DNA of 63,953 bases, counting the filler, from Reticulomyxa filosa (taxonomy: Eukaryota; Protista; Foraminifera): NCBI GenBank assembly GCA_000512085.1. It is 24 parts of 24 records of this genome, joined end to end, with 100 filler letters (N's around TTAATTAATTAA, not from the genome) between each part and the next. Parts side by side here need not be neighbours in the genome. Positions count along the whole stretch, not along the records: positions 25,972 to 27,127 come from ASPP01038524.1; positions 27,228 to 29,412 come from ASPP01003731.1; positions 29,513 to 31,365 come from ASPP01008787.1; positions 31,466 to 35,711 come from ASPP01011819.1; positions 35,812 to 36,818 come from ASPP01043092.1; positions 36,919 to 43,350 come from ASPP01020469.1; 18 more parts are not named here. One strand, 5' to 3'. A model generated the notes under the pieces. That model had not been told where the DNA came from. It saw only the letters and a program-made list of their open reading frames with translations, and did not search any database. The first letter of the stretch is position 1. The number at the start of each line of letters is the position of its first letter. The position numbers and the translations under genes are program-made. Shown here in pieces: positions 25,972 to 37,447 of this stretch.

Positions 25972-26480
25972 CAGATGATAAAACAGTTAGTGTATGGGAT
26001 GTTGATAACAACAAATAAATTCAATCATTTAACGGACATTCAGATTCTGTGACTTGTGAAAAATTTTCGTCATATCATTATCATTATCATCGTCAAAATA
26101 TTATTTATTCTTCACCAGATGACAAAACCATTCGTTTTGGGATTTCAAACATAATAAGCAATACAAATATTCAATGAATACACAAAAGGTGTTAATGGAA
26201 TTGAATTTTCACCATTTAATTGTGGCAGATATTTGTTTTATTTGAATTCAAATGTGATATGTCTGGATCATTTGATAATACAATTCGTTTTTGGGATATT
26301 CAATAATAAGAATCAATTGTATGTGATTAAAGTGGATGATGAAGATGGAGGAATAATTTTTTTGAAGTCTTTACAATTAAAAAAGAATGAAAAGAAGAAA
26401 AAAATCAATGGTGATATTGGTTGTGGTATTAATTTGTGTTAAGATTTACACGATGGTTTTATCCGTATCTGGGGAATAAG
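25972..26480 (+). pseudogene. WD40-repeat pseudogene
   Basis: DDKTVSVWDV..FNGHSDSVTC, DKTIRF, NGIEFSPFNCGRYLC-like and DGFIRIWG*, with stops and frameshifts. Confidence 0.75.
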
Positions 26481-27656
26481 TGCTTGTTTAAATGCTATTC
26501 AATTTATACCTCTTCATATGGAACCTTCAATTGTTTCGATAGTAAATTTATCAATTTTGAGTGATTGTAAATATGCTGTAATTATTCATTCAATGCAATT
26601 AATCTACTATCACCTTTTACTTTGTTTGTACGTCCACGCATTGTACATTTCTTTGAATTAAATGACATGGTCAATGCTTTACAATCGGTAACACATTTCT
26701 CTCACAAGAAAAAAGAAATAATTTATTATTATCATTGCAATCATTGTCTCAAATTTGATTACATTTTAACATATCTTTTAGCCGTTCTTTATTTTGAATA
26801 ATATTTAAACCATTCTATTGAAAATATGATTGCATCAAATCACTTTCATCTTTTGAATGATGCACATTAAATGAAATTATTTTCATCAATTAATTATTCA
26901 ATCTGGCCAAAATAAATTCTGAGGTTTAACAAATAAAAAAAGCAATATGACCAACCATTAAATTTAAAATCCAAAAATCACGAACAAATAAAAGAAAAAA
27001 AAAACAACTATGAGCCAGGCTGCACGAAGTGCCGCATGGCCCCTCAGTTTGTACATGAGAATGATTTCAAATTACTTCTCTAAACATGATTACATACGAA
27101 TGTAATCAAAACAATTTTCGTAAGCGANNNNNNNNNNNNNNNNNNNNNNNNNNNNNNNNNNNNNNNNNNNNTTAATTAATTAANNNNNNNNNNNNNNNNN
27201 NNNNNNNNNNNNNNNNNNNNNNNNNNNCAATTTTTTTAGGATCTCTTTAGATAGATGTATAGAATCGGCAGTGTATACAACTTTCCTTTTGTAAGCAGCT
27301 TTTTACCCTTTCATAGTGAGGAACTACTTTTGCAAGCAGTCATACTTAACATTTGGTAAATCAAATCGAACAAAATTCGTTGGTTCACCCTCTTGAGTTG
27401 AAAAAAACAATTTTTGAAAAAATAGCTGATTGCAACCAAAGCAATAATTTGTGATTGCATCCAAGAGAGCAAACATGCTTTATTTGAAAATTTTCAAAGA
27501 ACTCTTCCTTTTTAAAAACAACACAAATTTGTTTTTCTTGTTTTTGTTGGTTTTTGTCACGTCTGCTACTAATTGCAAGTAAGTCATACTCTTTTTTAGT
27601 GTTGTAGATTGTTTATAAGTAAGGCAAAAAAAAACGGACACAGAGCAAATGAACAT

Positions 27657-28522
27657 ATGTTTCTGGTTGGTTCCACTGGTGTTGGTAAATCAACACACGT
27701 TTCCTTGTTAACTGGAAACTCGAATATAAAGACGAGCAGCGATGCACAATGGACCCTTTTGCAGTAAATTAGACAGTCTTCCTGCTTTTATGATCTTGGA
27801 TTTGTGGAAAAAACATGCAAAACATGTAAACTGAAAGGAGATCCTCGTTTTTCCCAATGATAGTCCATACCATTTAAAGATGATCCTATGCCATGGACAA
27901 CAAGATGGGTATAAACACCAATTACAGGGTACAACAAAGACAAGCCGTTCGATAGAAGTTCCACATTGTCTAGAAACCAAGAGTGGGTGCCCGAAAGGTT
28001 GTAGCTCTTCCTATATTTATTGTTATTATCACTCTGGTAAGTTGATTTACCAAAACAAGCTCTTTTTGACCTTTAAAAAACGTAGACAGTATGATTGGAT
28101 AACATGTTAAAATAAATACAGAAAACTGGATTTCAACTTGGCACTGTCGTGGCTGCGGTGGAAATATTTATAAAGGAGAATATTTTTATCATTGCTGGAG
28201 TTGTTGCGATCGTTCATCGCATTCGAACCCATTTGTTCTGGCCTGTTCTGGGATGTTTCATGAAAAGTGTGGAAAGCATCGAACTGTTTGTAAAGGTTGT
28301 AGCAGCTCCAGTAGTAGCTACTGCTCTTTACAAACTGTGTATGAGAATATATATCCATGTTGTAAAGCAAGAGAAGGGACTTCTTCAGGATGTGCACCCA
28401 AATGCGGTTCCTGTGGCGACATTACTGAGAATCCCGGATGCAAAAAAATATGTGAAAATTGTAAAAAAGACTGGGGAATAGAAGGAGGCTGTACCAAAGA
28501 ATCAAAACATGAATTTAAATAG
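27657..28522 (+). pseudogene. P-loop GTPase (AIG1/GIMAP-like) with Cys/His-rich C-terminal domain, disrupted
   Basis: MFLVGSTGVGKSTHVSLLTG (G1 box at 27669-27695, absent from the ORF track). An intron at 28037-28121 joins ..YCYYHS|ENWISTWHCRGCGG.. into a 23-Cys tail ending at 28522. Confidence 0.6.
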
Positions 28523-29512
28523 TTTTACAAGCCATAAATATTTTGTAAACATTGAAAAACAAACCGATATTTCCAGTGCCAAATTTTAAAATAAATAAGC
28601 TGAATCATGGAGTTTTGATTATTGCATTACTCAACTCAAATTTTTCAAACCAAATCAATGGTGACAATAAACTCAGACAAATTATTTTATTGGTTTGATT
28701 TTCATCCTCTAAATGCTCTCCATCTTGACAGTCCTCCAATCAATTGTTTCGAAACTTCAAAACTCTTTCATTTTTTGTTCCATTTCACCATGAAAATTTG
28801 GATCATTTGAGTCTTTGAACGCCATGTCATTTTCTTGTTTTCTTTTGTTATTTCCAAACATCTTACTTTTTTCCTCTTTTTAAAGAAAAATAGAGCACTT
28901 ATGGACACTATTTTTAATGTGTAGGAGGTCGCCTTTTGGTCTTCAAGAAGTGCGTTCCCAAAGATCAAATAAGTCGTTGTCATTGTGAATATGATCATCA
29001 ATATTATCTTTTTTTACCAAAAGAAACGAGGATGTGGTTGTCAGGTGAAATGTCTATTTGAAACGAAATATCGTCAATTGCTTAGAGAAAATTTGGCCAA
29101 AAGTGATCAAAGTTTTATTTGAATTCGAAGTCATGCAAACTGCAATTTAAATGGGAAAGTGTATTATACGTACACGTGGAAAATAATCTGTGATGGAAAA
29201 AAATCAACGTTTCGAGTCCAACAGATGGTTTCCAACTCCAACCGACATTATGTTAACGTTTTACTTTTTCCATTTTTGTTTTTGTTATTGAATAGGCACT
29301 TTTTGGAATTTTTAAAAAAAGATTGTTTTGATATTTTTAAATTATTTCATTGTTCGTGTATGTATACGCGTGTGGTAATGACAAATTAAAATAATAATAA
29401 TAACAATAATAGNNNNNNNNNNNNNNNNNNNNNNNNNNNNNNNNNNNNNNNNNNNNTTAATTAATTAANNNNNNNNNNNNNNNNNNNNNNNNNNNNNNNN
29501 NNNNNNNNNNNN

Positions 29513-29999
29513 CCGCCTGCGGACGCGGCACGTTGCCGACCAGCTTCTCTGCGAGCGAATGCGCGCCCAGGCAGCCGATCTCCTCGTCGTAGCTGAAGGC
29601 GAAATGCATCGGCACTTTGAGCTGCGCCTTCTTGAGGGCGGGCACATGGGCCAGACAGGCGGCAATGAAGCCTTTCATGTCGCAGGTGCCGCGACCGTAG
29701 AGATTGCCGTCCGGCTTCTCGGTCAGGGTCCACGGGTCGGTTTCCCAAGGCTGGCCGTCGACCGGCACGACGTCGGTATGGCCCGACAGGACGACGCCGC
29801 CCGGCACATTCGGGCCGACCGTGGCGAAGAGATTGGCCTTCGAGCCATCCTCGTTGGGCACCAGCTTCGACTCGACGCCATGGCCCTTGAGATAGGCCTG
29901 CACGTATTCGATCAGGGCGAGATTGGAATTGCGCGAGGTGGTGTCGAAAGCCACGAGCCTGCGCAGCATTTCGATGGAATTGACGGTCTCTCCGGCCAT
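29513..29999 (-). CDS. argE: Acetylornithine deacetylase (M20 family), 3'-partial, bacterial
   Basis: LVAFDTTSRNSNL, VLSGHTDVVP, LYGRGTCDMKGF and SYDEEIGC. Confidence 0.95.
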
Positions 30000-30025
30000 G
30001 ATGTCCCTTGCTCACTCTGTTCCGA

Positions 30026-30072
30026 CCTCACCCTTCGAAACGCGCGCCGGGGGCGCGCGCCTCAGGATGAGG
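30026..30072. repeat. Alphaproteobacterial intergenic palindromic repeat / stem-loop
   Basis: On the minus strand, CCTCATCCTGAG-GCGCGCGCCCCCGGCGCGCG-TTTCGAAGGGTGAGG lies between folE and argE. It resembles the TCATCCTGAG...TCGAAGG palindromes common in Alphaproteobacteria. Confidence 0.6.
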
Positions 30073-30078
30073 GGGAAG

Positions 30079-30700
30079 CTAAATCGACGTACGCCCGATC
30101 ATGCTCAGGAATTCGCGCCGTGTCTCGCCATTGTCGCGGAAAGCCCCCAGCATGCGGCTGGTCACCATGGTCACGTCGGACTTGTGAACGCCGCGCGTGG
30201 TCATGCACTGGTGCGCCGCCTCGATGACAACGGCGACGCCGCGCGGCTGCAGCACCTCCTGCAGCGTGTTGGCGATCTGCGCCGTCAGCTTCTCCTGGAT
30301 CTGCAGGCGATGGCCGAAGGCATCGACCACGCGGGCGAGCTTGCTGATGCCGACCACACGCTTGTCCGGCAGGTACCGACATGGACCCTGCCGATGATCG
30401 GCACCATGTGATGCTCGCAATGAGATTCGAGGCGGATGTCGCGCAGCGCCACGACCTCGTCATAGCCCTCGACCTCCTCGAAGGTCCGCTGCAGCATGTC
30501 GCGCGGATCCTGATCATAGCCCGCGAAGAATTCCTCATAGGAGCGCACGACGCGATCGGGCGTGCCGGTCAGGCCTTCGCGGCGGGATCTCGCCGGCCCA
30601 GCGGATCAGCGTGCGGACGGCGCCTCGGCCTCCTCGCGCGAAGGCCGGGACAGGCCGGTGGCGAGCGAAACGACCTCGCCGGCTTCGCCATCTTGTTCAT
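30079..30700 (-). CDS. folE: GTP cyclohydrolase I (apparent frameshifts, probably read errors)
   Basis: [61 protein letters not shown] and [17 protein letters not shown] at about 30710-30714. Frameshifts near 30375 and 30590-30650. Confidence 0.92.
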
Positions 30701-30726
30701 CGTCTTAAACTCCTATGATCCGCAGC

Positions 30727-31120
30727 CTAGTTGAGGCTGCGCTGCACCGTCGGCGTGTCGAGCGAAAAGGTCGGAATCTCGATGTCGAACTGGACGCCCG
30801 CCTCGTCGACCATCTGATACGTGCCGCCCATGATGCCGGATGGCGTGGAAAGTGGCGTTCCGGAAGTGTACTCGAACACCTCGCCGGGACGCAGCAGCGG
30901 CGTCTTGCCCACGACACCGGGGGCCCTTGACCTCCTGGACCCGGCCGAGACCGTCGGTGATCTTCCAGTGCCGGCTGCGCAACTGCACCGCGACATTGCC
31001 ACCGTTCTCGATGCGCACCGTATAGGCCCACACGAATTGTGACTTCTCGGGCTCTGACTGGTCCGGCAGATATTGCGGCTGGACCGTCACCTGGATGGCA
31101 CGGGTTGTGGCTTTGTACAT
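30727..31120 (-). CDS. apaG: Co2+/Mg2+ efflux-associated protein ApaG (one frameshift near 30922)
   Basis: MYKATTRAIQVTVQPQYL..FVWAYTVRIEN..VQLRSRHWKITD, then GVVGKTPLLRPGEVFEYTSGTPLSTPSGIMGGTY in the shifted frame. Confidence 0.93.
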
Positions 31121-31181
31121 AAGCAGGCGAATTCCTTCCGGCCCCTGACATGGGAGTTTCCGGCCCAAAGGTCAAATCGAT

Positions 31182-31345
31182 CTACAGCCACCTTGGATCG
31201 GCGGTGAAGTCGATCGTGAGCCAGCGATTCGGCCCCTCGCCGCCGATCGCCTCGGCGATCTCGCGCCGGATGGCATCCGCCTTTCCCACACTGTCGATCG
31301 GGGATTGCGGCGGGACGGCGATGTGGATCTCGATGAACTGGGCGC
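31182..31345 (-). CDS. Cation diffusion facilitator family transporter, C-terminal end (5'-partial)
   Basis: YVAKVGRAQFIEIHIAVP...DAIRREIAEAIGGEGPNRWLTIDFTADPRWL*. Confidence 0.7.
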
Positions 31346-31667
31346 GACCGACCTTCGCCACATAGNNNNNNNNNNNNNNNNNNNNNNNNNNNNNNNNNNN
31401 NNNNNNNNNTTAATTAATTAANNNNNNNNNNNNNNNNNNNNNNNNNNNNNNNNNNNNNNNNNNNNTTTTCTTTGCAACTTACTGTAGTTTAATGTAAAAA
31501 CATATCAAAACCTTCTCGCTTTGCTAGGGTAAAGTTTTAGAAATGAGCAATCATCAACACATTTTACCTTACAACATGTAAAATTTGTATTACATTTTTA
31601 TTTGTTATTGAATGTAATACAGTAAAAAAATATTTGATAAATATTTCAACAAATTAGATTTACACAT

Positions 31668-34501
31668 TTATTTTTCGTTGGTTTTCCACCACTCTTTGTC
31701 TTTCTCAACAAATGGCAATCCATTCTTGATAGTGTATAGTGTTGCGACTTGAATGGGAGTAAATTGTATAAGCTCTGCTTCTACAAAAAAAATGAAAATA
31801 AATTGATATGATTATTGCAACAACGTTTTTCCATAAACTCATTCTTTATTTCTTCATATTTTCTTTTATTTTTTGGCTGCATCCTCCATGCTTCAAATTC
31901 AGATAAATGTTTAATAGCTAGATTAACTTCTCCTTGAGTATTCAGTAAAATTGCATATAGAACATTGAGATCAATTGAATGGCTCCACATTGCACTTATT
32001 TGCATAATCTGTTGGATATATTGATCATATCTTATCCATGTCAATAATATCATTTGTGTATATTCATCTTCACTCTCTATTTTTGCATTCCATGCATTTT
32101 CTGTTTTATTTGTCTTATCACTATTAGTAAAATATATCAAAGACCTTTCAAACAAAATCTCACGTTCATGTTTGAATGGAGATAGCCATGATACATCACA
32201 ACTATGAATGTAATGTGACCTTCTCATAGAAGGATGAAAATGTAAAATACATCCTTGATGACTTCTATACATTTGTGCAACTTGAATATCATCAGAAGTA
32301 CTTACATGACTTATGAAAAATCCTTCTTTGATTTCTTTAATAGTCTCCAATCTCACATTTTTCAATCCACAATATAATTCTGTACTCTCTTCTTCTCTTC
32401 TTTCATATTTATGCAAAGTGCTTATAGCCTCATGCAAAAAAAAATCTAAATAAGGCCATATATGATGTTTAAGTTTTATTTGATCATAACTGAATGGAAC
32501 ATTACATGATTTACCACAATACAATAAAATTGCACAAATTTGATGTAATTGAAGTGGATATCCCATTCGTTTATGAATATCATCATGATACAATATCTTT
32601 AATTCATGTAATATTGTTAATATTTTATCATTTAATATCAATTCACCATCTTTGTCGTTTTCATTAAAATTAATTTGTTGCTTGATTTCTTCGTCAGTTT
32701 TTGATTGTCGTATCTTTTTAGAGATTAAATCAGTCATACACAAATTCTTTATTATTTCGTGTAATAATTTCTGCAATGGATTGCTCCTTGTCACCTCAAT
32801 ATTTATTGTATCTCTAATAACTTTAAGTTTGTGCAAATCACGTTCATATAACAAGGGATTGAATTTAGGTTTTGGATTGGATGCAACAACACTATCTTGA
32901 AGTGGAATACTTTTTGGTAAATTACCTCTTTGTGTACTAATTGTGCGTTTGTAGGGCACCATGAAATATCCTTCTATTTTCCAATGTACTTGAATAATTG
33001 GATAATGAGGAAGACGTCTGTAAATATCATGCAATAATACATCTTCATTTGTTGTTGATATTGCTGGCATCCATTCGTCAAATTCATATTTCAGACATAT
33101 TAATTCATCTGGTCCAGCTGTAAAATAATCTTTTATTTGTAATTTATCTTTTATATGTTGTATTCCTTGTCTCAAAGTCATTGAATATGGATTCAATGGC
33201 TCTTTGTGTGTTTTATTGAATTGATCTTTCCAAATGACATGGAAAGAGTTGAACTCCTGTGTGTTTGAAACGTAAAAATAACAATTGTATCATTTGAATT
33301 GTACAATTGATATTTGATAAAAATACTTGTGTTTTTTTTTTTACTTTCATTAACTGATATACAATTTGATAAATCGTCTCTATCATTTCCCTCAAATATG
33401 CGAAAGTGCCAAGTATGATTGAGAATAAGACAAGCCCATTTGTTATGTGTTTCATTGATATCAGTGTCATTGTACCATTGAATATGAACATTGAATTCTA
33501 GTGATGATTTGTTTGGATTTCCAACTTGTAATGATTTTATTTTTGATGTTTTTTCATCAAACAACATTATTGTTCGATGTTGATAATCAAATGCAATTGC
33601 ATACTCTTTCCATTTTCCATTCGATAACATGCATACTGTTTCTGGAATAGGATATCTTGTTTTATATCTATTTAAAATGGATTGATTATATTATCTGTTT
33701 TCTAAAAACAAAATAAAAATATATATATATATATAGTTAATACATAGTCTGTTCTTTAATACCAAAAATAGTAATATACCACATATGTAATTGAATATGA
33801 TCGCGCAGATAATACCAATTATTGTCATCTCCTTTTTGGAATTCGATTTGCTGCAAAAAATTTTCCATTTCTTCAAAGATTCGTTCAAGATTTACACCTA
33901 ATGGATTGCATTTCGAAAAGAAGTAGTTGTATAAAGTTTGTGTATTAATTTGACGATATTTCCTATGTTTAGGATACTTGAAAATATTCCACAAAATATG
34001 CAAACATATTTCTCTCAATATTTTTAATTCATTTTCTTCTTCCAGCCTATCATTTTACAAATCATTTTTTTTTGTTATTTATAGATATACTTTATATTTG
34101 TTTCATATTTAACTCATTTAAGTTGAATGTTGTACAAATCTCTCGTAATTCCTCGAGTGTATCAAAAAAAATTTTATTGTAATTTCTCCATGTTTGTGAT
34201 ATTGTTGTTTTTGGAAGTAAACTACCAAAAACTTTGAGTAATTTCAGCAGATGTTGTTGTTCTTGTAAGGTTGTACTGTATTAAAATACGTAAAAGCAAT
34301 AATGTTAAAAACCATATTGATAAGATTTTTGTATGTTAAAAAAGAGAAAAGAAAATATACAGAAATTTATTGTAACGTGTTTTCTGTTAGCCAGACTAAG
34401 ACGTCATTTGCGTCTTCGACATTTTCATTAAATTCGTTGGATACCTCTGAAATGATCCCTTTATCTATCTTGGGAAACTCTTTTTTAAGTTGTGCAAGCA
34501 T
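31668..34501 (-). CDS. Multi-exon CUE-like/PUB-like/ADP-ribosyltransferase (R-S-E clade) protein
   Basis: The N-terminal LKKEFPKIDKGIISEVSNEFNENVEDANDVL is CUE-like and LHILWNIFKYPKHRKYRQI is PUB-like. The ART core has LYCG, HVSTS and DVSWLSPFKHEREILF. The main ORF 31781-33196 continues after a poly-T slip to about 31668. Confidence 0.7.
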
Positions 34502-35067
34502 GATAAAGTTAACTGCTAAACAAACCCTTTATTTTTTTATTTTGAGGCTCAGAAGTTTAATTTAGTGGTATTGCTGAACGATTGGTTAAAAAAAAATTTT
34601 TTTTTGTTCCAATGCTTCAATTTTTAATTTGTGTTATTTTTTTTGTGATGAAGGAGCCTGTTATTCCATGAAGTTTTTCCTTGCGTTCAAAGAACTAAAA
34701 AATGTATTAACTTTCTTTTTGCAAGGGACTTCATTCCAAAAGGGATAACTTTTAAAAAATTTTCAGAGCCAATCTAATTTTTTAATAGATCCACTATTTT
34801 TTAGTTCAAAGAATCAGTTGCAAACGCTATATTTACAATCTGAAGACTTTACAATGAATAAAATTTTATTTCTCTTCTTGAGGACATTCGCAAACCTTTT
34901 AAAGTAAATTCATAAGAAAATAAGTGTACAATTTAATGAAAATGTTTGATTAAATGTCTTATTGAATATTTAATCAAATGGATGTGTGAACATACAAGAT
35001 TGACTTTGGTTGAATATATTAGCAAACTTGAACAGAGTAAAACAGCATCATAAACAAAATCCTTCAG

Positions 35068-35711
35068 TCAAAAAAGGTTATGTTCAAAGGAAGACTCACC
35101 TCTTAGTTGACATACTTTATTAGCAATTGCACCCTCTGCAAGCAATTTTACCAATTCATGAAGTCTTGAATCGCTAAGTGATAAAATACCACTTCGAGAC
35201 ATCTCAATATCTTCGTCTCCGTGACTGTCCAAATACATGCTTGGAAACAAGACAGCCGCATGTTCGTATATTAACAGTATTGAAGATAATTGCAACCACA
35301 GGAATACCCCTTTTCCTTGTCCACAGTGTTTGGAATGAACTGTTAGTGCACCTTTTGAGTTACTATAACAGCACTGAGTACATAGAAATGCGCCACAGTA
35401 AAGACATATAGCACTATTCACTGGAACACGTCCAGCAAGGCATGTTTCTCTGCAAGTTTTCTGTGTTTATAACCCCCAATTTAATATACCTTTCTTTTTT
35501 TTTTTTGAAAATGAACAAACGCAAAACAATCCAAAAAAAAAAAAAAAAAACTGAAATAGCTAAACTCTAAATAAAAGATCATATGAACGTATCAAAGGAA
35601 TCAAAGAAATTGGTGAAATAGAGTCAGTCCGCTTTGTGGAGTCAATATAACTGCGTTGTCTGTCAGTGAATCTCTCAAAAAAGGTTTGTGTCCAAGATTG
35701 CATAGCCTGCA
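35068..35711 (-). CDS. UBR1/2/3-type N-recognin E3 ligase, C-terminal exons
   Basis: SLIPLIRSYDLLF, AICLYCGAFLC, HSKHCGQGKGVFL and PSMYLDSHGDEDIEMSRSGILSLS match the UBR/PRT6 C-terminal domain. Confidence 0.85.
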
Positions 35712-37447
35712 NNNNNNNNNNNNNNNNNNNNNNNNNNNNNNNNNNNNNNNNNNNNTTAATTAATTAANNNNNNNNNNNNNNNNNNNNNNNNNNNNNNNNN
35801 NNNNNNNNNNNTATAATATAAATCAAAAAAATTAAAATATAATTATTACAAAATTATGTTTGAAGTTTGAAATGAGAAAATATTTCAAATTTCCGAATAG
35901 ATTTTTTAATTTAGAAAACAAATTTTATTAATTAGCTAAAAGGGGGAGCAACAAAAAGTGAACGTATTAAACAAAAAGTAGTAACACTTTTTTACTTGCT
36001 TGTTGTCTCTTAATTTTTTTATTCCTTTATTCCTTTGGAGGCATAAATAACAAAATGCTTGTCATTGTTTCAGTTGAATCTGACAAGCAAATGACTTGTA
36101 CACTGTTTTTTTTTGGCTCGGACTTGAAAAAACAAGATAAATTTGCAGTCATGATGAAAAAGAAAGACCAATATTGGCAAACTCGCAGGTTCTTTGATCA
36201 CAAATTAGTCAAGTTTGTCCAAGTGATTGAATCAGCAAAATTGTTCCCGAGAAACATGCCGAACGTCCGTTCATGGTCTGTGTTGGTGTTTAAAAAAAAA
36301 TAAAAAAAATCGCTTTTTGTGAATATGAAAAAAATATTTATATGATAAAAAATGTTAAATAGACTGATAACTTCCGTTATGAAATTATGCTCCAATGTCG
36401 ACTACATAAAAAATAAAGAAAAAGACGATATTGTTGTTAGTGGAAATTCCAAGTACAAGTGCATTCTTTGTGAAATGATATTATGTTGATTTTTTAATTT
36501 GATTGATAATTTTTTCTTTGCAATGTTTTATAGCTGGTGTCAAGTCGAATGAATAAATTATGTCGGAGTTTTGGCAGTTGATGCTGAAACACCGGAAAAA
36601 AATTGGAACACGCTGATAATAAAATGTTAGTTGTTTTTCTCCGGACGGAAATATCGGATTTTTCCTTGCAAAGAAGAACATTAATTTTAATTCCATTATG
36701 TCTGTTAATTATATGTTTGAGTTTGTTGTTTTTAATTTGAAATGGGCACGAAGGGGCGTAACTTATGGGTAAAGCCCGCACCGAAAGTAGTTGCGTGTTG
36801 GGTCAGCCAGGCCCAGGCNNNNNNNNNNNNNNNNNNNNNNNNNNNNNNNNNNNNNNNNNNNNTTAATTAATTAANNNNNNNNNNNNNNNNNNNNNNNNNN
36901 NNNNNNNNNNNNNNNNNNTCTTTTCGTAAGTGGCCATATGTGACAAATGTGCTTGTGTCTATTATTGATTGTTGTTGAATATTACAATAATTGCAATCTT
37001 TTCTGATTCTTTCGTTTATTCTTAAGTACTATTTTTCTCTTTCCGTTTTACGACACAATGGATCAAGGAGACCCTATTCTATTCTTTTTTTATTTTATCT
37101 TTCCTATGGACAAAAAAACAAAAAAGATAGTGAAAAACAACAAATATTATAACATGAATATTTGTGTGAATTAATATTTGTTTCACTTTTTATTTGCACT
37201 ATGTTCTTTTAGGACGGTGTGCCAACTGAGCTAATTCAGTTGCAAATATCACAAAATGAGACTCGGCACCATATATTAGAACAGTTAAAGGTCGATTTGA
37301 GATTACAATAAAATGCTTATCACTTAAATTTTCTGAAAAACAACAAATACAAGAAAGCACTAAACAATAAAACTTTAAGGTTTTCGTTAGTACACCATTG
37401 TTCCACACAAGAAAAAAATGAAAAAAGTATAACAAAATAGGAATTAG

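Noticed and set aside
28149-28481. 110-aa hydrophobic ORF
   Set aside because: The splice phase and Cys motif pattern support the overlapping frame that ends at 28522.
30079-31120. Programmed frameshifting or symbiont-type pseudogenisation in folE/apaG
   Set aside because: Single-base indels in GC runs without nonsense codons fit low-coverage sequencing error better.
29461-31365. Many overlapping long ORFs on both strands
   Set aside because: These are shadow ORFs of high-GC DNA; only the minus-strand argE/folE/apaG/CDF frames carry family motifs.
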